A DNA stretch of 64,000 nucleotides, taken from Chloropicon primus. Its lineage: Eukaryota. The DNA lies in contig CP060758.1 in NCBI GenBank assembly GCA_023205875.1, positions 248,001 to 312,000 of the forward strand, given 5' to 3'. Under the pieces are notes generated by a model, which did not search any database, was not told the origin of the DNA, and saw only the letters and a list, made by a program, of their open reading frames with translations. Position numbers and translations under genes: made by a program. Positions 38,221 through 48,900 of this stretch are shown piece after piece; the stretch's first letter is position 1; each line of letters opens with the position of its first letter.

Positions 38221-39522
38221 CTACAAAATTTCGTGCAGCAGCGGAACCAAGGCCAAGGCCAAGAAAGTTGCTAGAGCGTTCCCGAGATTGCCGACGAGGA
38301 CAGCGCTCGTCGGGTCGACGCCCTTGGACTTGGCCAGAGCTGCCGCCGTAGCTGGACCCCCAATCGCTGCGTTCGAGACGATGCCACAGTCGAGTTTTCT
38401 CATCTTGAAGAGAAGTGCGGCCAGGAACACAAAAGCGAGGTGGCACGCGTAAATGATGGCGAGCAACAAGCAAATGGGAAGAAATGCGCCAAGGTTCTCC
38501 ATCTCCACCACCTTCCCCCCAACAAGCCCAGCAGAAGCAAAGAAGAGTCCAAGGAAAACCTGTGCAAGCGAGTAACCAGGGCTCTTCAAAGCCTCAAAGG
38601 TGCGGGGCATCAATGTCGCCAGCGACACTGCGAGCGCGCTTGAAATGGCGATAGTGTTGCCGCCTCCACCAGCAAGCGCACTAGCGACGGCCAAGATGAC
38701 AAGGGACACGAACAGGCACAGGGTGATCTCGCCCGCACCAAAAGAGGTCTTAGGCATCACTGAAGCGTCCGAGACTTCATCCTTCTTTTTCGCCACTGGC
38801 GGTCCCGCCAGGAAACTGTTGAGAGGGAAGTATATCAGTGCTGCGACGTTGTCTGCTGCAAGCGCAAGGGCCACCAGTGCGGACGACACGGACGCGCTCT
38901 CAACAACAGCCACGAAATTAAACCCTCCCCCAACGTTTTTTGCAGCCAGAGCAGCGATCATTCCAGCAATATCCGAGCTTCCCGAGAGGCTTCCCATCGT
39001 CTCCTTCATCGTCCCCCCAAGCACCAGGGCTCCTAAGACTGCTCCGAGCAGTGTCCCGACACTTGCTAGCGCAAAAACGGGCAGCAACCTCTTTGCTCCC
39101 GACACGAGGGCCCTGATGTTCGCGCCGTAAAGCAGCAGCGGCGTCGCCACGCCTACGAGGAGGCTCTGGGTCGACCGGAGCTCCGCGAGGTCGAAGCCGA
39201 TCCCAATTGTCGCAGCCAAGTTCACCAGCACGGCTCCTAGAAGCATCGTCGTGACGGGTCCGGAGAGAGCTCGCCCGAGAGGCGTGCGCTCCTCCAGGGT
39301 CTCTCCAGCAAGCGAGCACCCAAGCAGCACCGCGTGCAGCTGAATCCCAGACACTTCTGCAATCCCAGGCGCCACTCCTCGTGCCGTTACCGAGGGTCTC
39401 ACCTTGGACTTCAGACCCCGCTCCAACGCCGGAAGGAACCGTCTCGATCCACGACGACGCAGGCCTGATGCAATTAGACCTCTGCAACGGGACTGGGTCT
39501 CTGCACCGAGCTTCGTTGCCAT
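38221..39522 (-). CDS. DUF819-family multi-pass membrane protein, probably plastid
   Basis: TPLLLYGAN, NVGGGFNFVAV, ALAADN, SNAAIGGPATAAALA, VGNLGNALATF. Confidence 0.85.
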   Translation of the reverse strand: MATKLGAETQSRCRGLIASGLRRRGSRRFLPALERGLKSKVRPSVTARGVAPGIAEVSGIQLHAVLLGCSLAGETLEERTPLGRALSGPVTTMLLGAVLVNLAATIGIGFDLAELRSTQSLLVGVATPLLLYGANIRALVSGAKRLLPVFALASVGTLLGAVLGALVLGGTMKETMGSLSGSSDIAGMIAALAAKNVGGGFNFVAVVESASVSSALVALALAADNVAALIYFPLNSFLAGPPVAKKKDEVSDASVMPKTSFGAGEITLCLFVSLVILAVASALAGGGGNTIAISSALAVSLATLMPRTFEALKSPGYSLAQVFLGLFFASAGLVGGKVVEMENLGAFLPICLLLAIIYACHLAFVFLAALLFKMRKLDCGIVSNAAIGGPATAAALAKSKGVDPTSAVLVGNLGNALATFLALALVPLLHEIL

Positions 39523-39950
39523 CCTTACCTCTTCCTCGTCAGAGATCCATTCCTTTCATGCGACCACCCAATCGAAAGAGAAAGACACGAGGATTCCATC
39601 CATCGAGTCTTTTACCCCCTCAACCACCCGTCCTCGCCGTCACAAGGCGCTCAACTGCAGCGCTTCCCCCTGCGGCGTGGAGCGCTCAGGTGGTGATTTT
39701 GATTGCACTCAAAATGAACTGATTGCACTCGAAATGAACTGAACCCTTTTGAATTGGCGCGAGACAGAGAGGACAGAGGAAGGGCCAAGTGGGTGAGAGA
39801 AGTCCCTTGTGCGGAGGCAAGATGGAGACAAGATGGAGGAAAGGTGGGATCTTTGGAGGGATCAGGGCTCAAGGCATGTTTGATTTCAAGTAGAGCCCTT
39901 GGTGGGCTCTTTTGTGTCCATCGGAAGCCCCTTTTTTTGTGGAGGGACAG

Positions 39951-42900
39951 ATGGCTGAGGAGGGCTGGCTCCCGAGGGAGGGAGACGTGGTGGTGCTTTG
40001 GTTGGAGAGTGAGCAGGTGGGTGTGACGGTAACGGTGGAGGAGGGCCAAGAGAAGGTTCTTCTGAAGCAATGGCGTGACATATCGGAGCTCTGCGCGGAC
40101 CCAGGGGCGCCCTTCTTCGCTTTCAAGAAGCAAGACTATGTCGGTTTCAAGTCATGTAAGACTGGAAAGTTCTTGCAGGCGAGAAGGAAGCATCCCCACA
40201 AGCTGGCAACGTACTCGAACTTCTGGGGAGTGTGGGAGCAGTTTCGGATCAAGAAGTGCTCGAGGGTCGTCTCAAGCAGGGTCAGAGGCTGGAAGAGCTC
40301 CATCCTGCTCCTTCAGCCAAGGCAACTACCCAACGCTGTCCTGTCCCTGGGTTGCTACTTTTTGACGACGAGCATGGCTCCCACCCGAGCAGCTCCGAGG
40401 TCGATCGCTGCAGGGGAGGGAATACCGGTAAAAAAAGTCGAAGCTTTGAACATATCGATGAAGCTGGTGCACAGCTTTGCGAGGAAGTGCTCCAGTAGGT
40501 TCCTGCGGAGTGCGCTGACGAGTTGGAGGGACGCGGCCACCAGGAGGAGGTTGCTGCACTCCATCTGCTCGAACATGCGGAAGCACCTTTGCAGGAGGCT
40601 TTTGATGTCCGTCCTCAAGCGATGGCGCCACAGAATTGTGAGGAAGAAGCGTCAAGATGTATTTGTAGAAAGAATGCGAGCGAAGAAGCAGAAGAAGGAC
40701 GGCAACGCTTGCTTTTCTTGGTGGCGGGAATACTCGGCCTCTAAAAGGATGAAGGGCATCCATGTTAGAAAGTTGAAGGAAATGCAAAAGAGGAGAAGAA
40801 CACGCCGGCTGCTGAAAGAATGGAAAGCGTACTCGCACGAGAACAAAAGCTGTGCAGCAAAGCAGAAAAATTCTCTGACAAAGTTCGAAGCGAACAGAAA
40901 ACGGAGAATCATTCGTGCATGGTTCTCGAGTCTGCAGCAGCACAAAGAGCAAGAGAAACACGTCCATCGAAGCATCCGAGTTCGACAAAACAGCGAACTG
41001 CGCAACATCATTTACAAGTGGAGCATCTTGACGGAACGAGAGAAATACACTAGTACTTGCAATGCGCTGGTTACAAGGATGATGAACAGGTTGTACTTGC
41101 ACCGCGTCTTTGACCACTGGTCGTATCTCGTGCAAGAGTGTGTCCAAGTGCGGCATAAGGTGCAGACATGCATTGTCAGGCTGAGCATAAGACACATGAC
41201 CGATGCGTTTGAGGCTTGGCTTTCATACACATCAGATCAGAGAGCGAGGATGCATCTGCTGAATGTGGTCACCCAACGAATGCAGAGGTTGCGTCTTACT
41301 CATTGCTTTGGCACCTGGTGGTCCAATGTGGGTTACTTGGGACAAGTACAACGTAAGCTTCAGCGATGCGTGATGCAGCTGGCCCATCGCAAACTTGTTC
41401 ACGTTTTTGAGACCTGGTTGACTTACGTGGACCAGCAACGTGCCTTGGCTTGCGCACGGGCGAAGGCCAACAGAATGGGCGACGCGAGGAGACAAGACGC
41501 GATGTACGCAAGTCTGATGATTTGGGCAGAGCGTGCCCATGCTTGGAAGATGAAGAGGTACAGGATGAAGAGGGCGGTGATGCACATGAATCGCTTGTGC
41601 CTGCACCGGACGTTTGGCAAGTGGCTGAATTACGTTCGCCGCATTTTGGTAGAGCACATGGTGCTTCACAAGGTGATGCTGCGTATGCAGAGGCTTCGCC
41701 TGAGCCATTGTTTTGGCACGTGGTTGTCCAATGTGGGTTACTTGGGACAGGTGCGGCGAAAGCTGCAGAGACGTGTGACACAGATTGCTTACCAGAAGAT
41801 TGCAGGTGCCTTTGAGGCATGGTTGACTTACGTGGACCAGCAACGTGCCTTGGCTTGCGCACGGGCGAAGGCCAACAGAATGGGTGACGCGAGGAGACAA
41901 GACGCGATGTACGCAAGTCTGATGATTTGGGCCGACCGTGCCCATGCTTGGAAGATGAAGAGGTACAGGATGAAGAGGGCGGTGATGCACATGAATCGGC
42001 TGTGCCTGCACCGCGTCTTCGACCACTGGTCGTATCTCGTGCAAGAGTGTGTCCAAGTGCGGCATAAGGTGCAGACATGCATTGTCAGGCTGAGCATAAG
42101 ACACATGACCGATGCGTTTGAGGCTTGGCTTTCATACACATCAGATCAGAGAGCGAGGATGCATCTGCTGAATGTGGTCACCCAACGAATGCAGAGGTTG
42201 CGTCTTACTCATTGCTTTGGCACCTGGTGGTCCAATGTGGGTTACTTGGGACAAGTACAACGTAAGCTTCAGCGATGCGTGATGCAGCTGGCCCATCGCA
42301 AACTTGTTCACGTTTTTGAGACCTGGTTGACTTACGTGGACCAGCAACGTGCCTTGGCTTGCGCACGGGCGAAGGCCAACAGAATGGGCGACGCGAGGAG
42401 ACAAGACGCGATGTACGCAAGTCTGATGATTTGGGCAGAGCGTGCCCATGCTTGGAAGATGAAGAGGTACAGGATGAAGAGGGCGGTGATGCACATGAAT
42501 CGCTTGTGCCTGCACCGGACGTTTGGCAAGTGGCTGAATTACGTTCGCCGCATTTTGGTAGAGCACATGGTGCTTCACAAGGTGATGCTGCGTATGCAGA
42601 GGCTTCGCCTGAGCCATTGTTTTGGCACGTGGTTGTCCAATGTGGGTTACTTGGGACAGGTGCGGCGAAAGCTGCAGAGACGTGTGACACAGATTGCTTA
42701 CCAGAAGATTGCAGGTGCCTTTGAGGCATGGTTGACTTACGTGGACCAGCAACGTGCCTTGGCTTGCGCACGGGCGAAGGCCAACAGAATGGGTGACGCG
42801 AGGAGACAAGACGCGATGTACGCAAGTCTGATGATTTGGGCCGACCGTGCCCATGCTTGGAAGATGAAGAGGTACAGGATGAAGAGGGCGGTGATGCACA

Positions 42901-45900
42901 TGAATCGGCTGTGCCTGCACCGCGTCTTCGACCACTGGTCGTATCTCGTGCAAGAGTGTGTCCAAGTGCGGCATAAGGTGCAGACATGCATTGTCAGGCT
43001 GAGCATAAGACACATGACCGATGCGTTTGAGGCTTGGCTTTCATACACATCAGATCAGAGAGCGAGGATGCATCTGCTGAATGTGGTCACCCAACGAATG
43101 CAGAGGTTGCGTCTTACTCATTGCTTTGGCACCTGGTGGTCCAATGTAGATTATTTAGGACAAGTACAACGTAAGCTTCAGCGATGCGTGATGCAGCTGG
43201 CCCATCGCAAACTTGTTCACGTTTTTGAGACCTGGTTGACTTACGTGGACCAGCAACGTGCCTTGGCTTGCGCACGGGCGAAGGCCAACAGAATGGGCGA
43301 CGCGAGGAGACAAGACGCGATGTACGCAAGTCTGATGATTTGGGCAGAGCGTGCCCATGCTTGGAAGATGAAGAGGTACAGGATGAAGAGGGCGGTGATG
43401 CACATGAATCGCTTGTGCCTGCACCGGACGTTTGGCAAGTGGCTGAATTACGTTCGCCGCATTTTGGTAGAGCACATGGTGCTTCACAAGGTGATGCTGC
43501 GTATGCAGAGGCTTCGCCTGAGCCATTGTTTTGGCACGTGGTTGTCCAATGTGGGTTACTTGGGACAGGTGCGGCGAAAGCTGCAGAGACGTGTGACACA
43601 GATTGCTTACCAGAAGATTGCAGGTGCCTTTGAGGCATGGTTGACTTACGTGGACCAGCAACGTGCCTTGGCTTGCGCACGGGCGAAGGCCAACAGAATG
43701 GGTGACGCGAGGAGACAAGACGCGATGTACGCAAGTCTGATGATTTGGGCCGACCGTGCCCATGCTTGGAAGATGAAGAGGTACAGGATGAAGAGGGCGG
43801 TGATGCACATCCACCGGCTGTACTTGCATCAGTCTTTCGGCAAGTGGTCGAATTACGTCCAGAACATCTTGGTTGAGCGCATGGTGATGCACAAGGTTAT
43901 ACTGCGGATGCAGAGGCTCCACATGAGTCAGTGCTTTGAGACTTGGTGGTCGAATGTTGATTACTTGGGTCAAGTGAGGCGGAAGCTTCAGCGATGTTTT
44001 GATCATCGACGTCATCGTAATCTCTTTCACGCCTTTGAGACATGGTTGTCTTACGTGGATGAGCAGCATGCCTTGGCGAACGCTCGATCCAAGGCGAACA
44101 GGATTGCTGATGTGCGGAGACAAGACGCGATGTACGCAAGTCTGATGGCTTGGGCAGAGCGTGCCCATGCTTGGAAGATGAAGAGGTACAGGATGAAGAG
44201 GGCGGTGATGCATATCCACCGGCTGTACTTGCATCAGTCTTTCGGCAAGTGGTCGAATTACGTCCAGAACATCTTGGTTGAGCGCATGGTGATGCACAAG
44301 GTTATACTGCGGATGCAGAGGCTCCACATGAGTCAGTGCTTTGAGACTTGGTGGTCGAATGTTGATTACTTGGGTCAAGTGAGGCGGAAGCTTCAGCGAT
44401 GCGTGATGCACATGTCCTATCGTAATCTCGTTCACGCCTTTGAGACATGGTTGTCTTACGTGGACGAGCAGCATGCCTTGGCGATCGCTCGATCCAAGGC
44501 GAACAGGATTGCTGATGTGCGGAGACAAGACGCGATGTACGCAAGTCTGATGATTTGGGCAGAGCGTGCCCATGCTTGGAAGATGAAGAGGTACAGGATG
44601 AAGAGGGCGGTGATGCATATCCACCGGCTGTACTTGCATCAGTCTTTCGGCAAGTGGTCGAATTACGTCCAGAACATCTTGGTTGAGCGCATGGTGATGC
44701 ACAAGGTTATACTGCGGATGCAGAGGCTCCACATGAGTCAGTGCTTTGAGACTTGGTGGTCGAATGTTGATTACTTGGGTCAAGTGAGGCGGAAGCTTCA
44801 GCGATGTTTTGATCATCGACGTCATCGTAATCTCGTTCACGCCTTTGAGACATGGTTGTCTTACGTGGATGAGCAGCATGCCTTGGCGAACGCTCGATCC
44901 AAGGCGAACAGGATTGCTGATGTGCGGAGACAAGACGCGATGTACGCAAGTCTGATGGCTTGGGCAGAGCGTGCCCATGCTTGGAAGATGAAGAGGTACA
45001 GGATGAAGAGGGCGGTGATGCACATCCACCGGCTGTACTTGCATCAGTCTTTCGGCAAGTGGTCGAATTACGTCCAGAACATCTTGGTTGAGCGCATGGT
45101 GATGCACAAGGTTATACTGCGGATGCAGAGGCTCCACATGAGTCAGTGCTTTGAGACTTGGTGGTCGAATGTTGATTACTTGGGTCAAGTGAGGCGGAAG
45201 CTTCAGCGATGTTTTGATCATCGACGTCATCGTAATCTCGTTCACGCCTTTGAGACATGGTTGTCTTACGTGGATGAGCAGCATGCCTTGGCGAACGCTC
45301 GATCCAAGGCGAACAGGATTGCTGATGTGCGGAGACAAGACGCGATGTACGCAAGTCTGATGGCTTGGGCAGAGCGTGCCCATGCTTGGAAGATGAAGAG
45401 GTACAGGATGAAGAGGGCGGTGATGCATATCCACCGGCTGTACTTGCATCAGTCTTTCGGCAAGTGGTCGAATTACGTCCAGAACATCTTGGTTGAGCGC
45501 ATGGTGATGCACAAGGTTATACTGCGGATGCAGAGGCTCCACATGAGTCAGTGCTTTGAGACTTGGTGGTCGAATGTTGATTACTTGGGTCAAGTGAGGC
45601 GGAAGCTTCAGCGATGCGTGATGCACATGTCCTATCGTAATCTCTTTCACGCCTTTGAGACATGGTTGTCTTACGTGGACGAGCAGCATGCCTTGGCGAT
45701 CGCTCGATCCAAGGCGAACAGGATTGCTGATGTGCGGAGACAAGACGCGATGTACGCAAGTCTGATGATTTGGGCAGAGCGTGCCCATGCTTGGAAGATG
45801 AAGAGGTACAGGATGAAGAGGGCGGTGATGCACATCCACCGGCTGTACTTGCATCAGTCTTTCGGCAAGTGGTCGAATTACGTCCAGAACATCTTGGTTG

Positions 45901-48900
45901 AGCGCATGGTGATGCACAAGGTTATACTGCGGATGCAGAGGCTCCACATGAGTCAGTGCTTTGAGACTTGGTGGTCGAATGTTGATTACTTGGGTCAAGT
46001 GAGGCGGACGCTTCAGCGATGTTTTGATCATCGACGTCATCGTAATCTCTTTCACGCCTTTGAGACATGGTTGTCTTACGTGGACGAGCAGCATGCCTTG
46101 GCGAACGCTCGATCCAAGGCGAACAGGATTGCTGATGTGCGGAGACAAGACGCGATGTACGCAAGTCTGATGATTTGGGCAGAGCGTGCCCATGCTTGGA
46201 AGATGAAGAGGTACAGGATGAAGAGGGCGGTGATGCACATCCACCGGCTGTACTTGCATCAGTCTTTCGGCAAGTGGTCGAATTACGTCCAGAACATCTT
46301 GGTTGAGCGCATGGTGATGCACAAGGTTATACTGCGGATGCAGAGGCTCCACATGAGTCAGTGCTTTGAGACTTGGTGGTCGAATGTTGATTACTTGGGT
46401 CAAGTGAGGCGGAAGCTTCAGCGATGTTTTGATCATCGACGTCATCGTAATCTCGTTCACGCCTTTGAGACATGGTTGTCTTACGTGGATGAGCAGCATG
46501 CCTTGGCGAACGCTCGATCCAAGGCGAACAGGATTGCTGATGTGCGGAGACAAGACGCGATGTACGCAAGTCTGATGATTTGGGCAGAGCGTGCCCATGC
46601 TTGGAAGATGAAGAGGTACAGGATGAAGAGGGCGGTGATGCATATCCACCGGCTGTACTTGCATCAGTCTTTCGGCAAGTGGTCGAATTACGTCCAGAAC
46701 ATCTTGGTTGAGCGCATGGTGATGCACAAGGTTATACTGCGGATGCAGAGGCTCCACATGAGTCAGTGCTTTGAGACTTGGTGGTCGAATGTTGATTACT
46801 TGGGTCAAGTGAGGCGGAAGCTTCAGCGATGCGTGATGCACATGTCCTATCGTAATCTCTTTCACGCCTTTGAGACATGGTTGTCTTACATGGATGAGCA
46901 GCGTGCCTTGGCGAACGCTCGATCCAAGGCGAACAGGATTGCTGATGTGCGGAGACAAGACGCGATGTACGCAAGTCTGATGGCTTGGGCAGAGCGTGCC
47001 CATGCTTGGAAGATGAAGAGGTACAGGATGAAGAGGGCGGTGATGCACATCCACCGGCTGTACTTGCATCAATCTTTCGGCAAGTGGTTGAATTACGTCC
47101 AGAACATCTTGGTTGAGCGCATGGTGATGCACAAGGTTATACTGCGGATGCAGAGGCTCCACATGAGTCAGTGCTTTGAGACTTGGTGGTCGAATGTTGA
47201 TCATCTGAGGCAGATGCGATGGAAAGTACAGCGATTTGTTCTTCGGTGGTCGTTGTTCTGCATGAGCTACTACTTTTGGGAATGGCAAGATTGGGTAGAA
47301 ATAAAGATGAGGAAGAAGAAGAGGTTGGAGAGGGCGTTGCTGAGTATTGAAGGGTTGAAGTTGTATCACTCGTTTGGCAAGTGGCTGAGTTATGTACACA
47401 ATCACTTGAAGAAGAAGATGCTGCTGCAGAAGATTGTTTTTAGAATGCAAAAGGTCCACGTTGCCCAAGGGTTCTACACTTGGAGGTCAAACATCCACTA
47501 TTTGCATATGATTCAGATCAGATTGCAAAGGGCTTTAACACATATCGCCTATCGCACTTTTAGAGCAGTGTTCGATGGATGGGCATCAAGAATTCTTTTG
47601 TGGCAATCGAAGAGGTACAGGGTGAGAAGAGCGGTGATGCACATTCACCGGCTGTACTTGCATCAGTCTTTCGGCAAGTGGTCGAATTACGTCCAGAACA
47701 TCTTGGTTGAGCGCATGGTGATGCACAAGGTTATACTGCGGATGCAGAGGCTCCACATGAGTCAGTGCTTTGAGACTTGGTGGTCGAATGTTGATTACTT
47801 GGGTCAAGTGAGGCGGAAGCTTCAGCGATGCGTGATGCACATGTCCTATCGTAATCTCGTTCACGCCTTTGAGACATGGTTGTCTTACGTGGACGAGCAG
47901 CATGCCTTGGCGAACGCTCGATCCAAGGCGAACAGGATTGCTGATGTGCGGAGACAAGACGCGATGTACGCAAGTCTGATGGCTTGGGCAGAGCGTGCCC
48001 ATGCTTGGAAGATGAAGAGGTACAGGATGAAGAGGGCGGTGATGCATATCCACCGGCTGTACTTGCATCAGTCTTTCGGCAAATGGCTTGGGTACGTTGG
48101 AATGGTTTCAAAGGAGAAGACTCTCCTTCACAAGGTTATACTGCGGATGCAGAGGCTGCACCTTTGTCAATGCTTTGAGACTTGGTGGTCGAATGTTGAT
48201 TACTTGGGTCAAGTGAGGCGGAAGCTGGAGCGGTGCCTGATCAGGTACACTCACCGCAGTCTCGTGCTTGCTTTTGGTTCTTGGTTGCGCTGGACGAATA
48301 TCTCAAAGGCAACAAATTGTCGATTGAAGCAAGCAGTTAGAAAGATCGAGAGGCTGAGCATGTGCCATTCTTTCCAAATGTGGCTCTCAGCTGTCGACGA
48401 AAGCTCACATGACCGTCAGCTTCTGTTGAAGGTCATTACGCGCATGCAGAGGCTCCACATGAGTCAGTGCTTTGAGACTTGGTGGTCGAATGTTGATTAC
48501 TTGGGTCAAGTGAGGCGAAAAGTACAGCGATGCGTGATGCAGATGTCCCACCACAACGTTGTTTATGCCTTTGAGACATGGATGTCTTACGTGGACGAGC
48601 AGCGTGCCTTGGTGGCCGCGAATGTGCTTGCAGAGAGTCACTTTAGGAAGTTCACAACTTCCTCTACTTTCTTGAAGTGGTGGAAGCTTGTTAGGTTCGG
48701 GAAAGCAGTGAATCTATCGCACTTGAAGACAAAGTACGACGGCGTTTTGCTATACTCTGCCTTTAGTGGCTGGTTTTTGCTGTGCAGAAAATCTGTGGGA
48801 GACAAGAACGTGGCCAAAAGATACTTATCTGTTGGTGTCTCAAGAGTAAGACTCGCTTCTTTCAAGCGATGGGTGGGCTACGTCAACTTCAAAAGAAGGG

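Noticed and set aside
43155..47468. 1437-aa antisense ORF
   Set aside because: Shadow of the repeated Sfi1-like CDS: one stop-free repeat unit multiplied; no independent domain signal.
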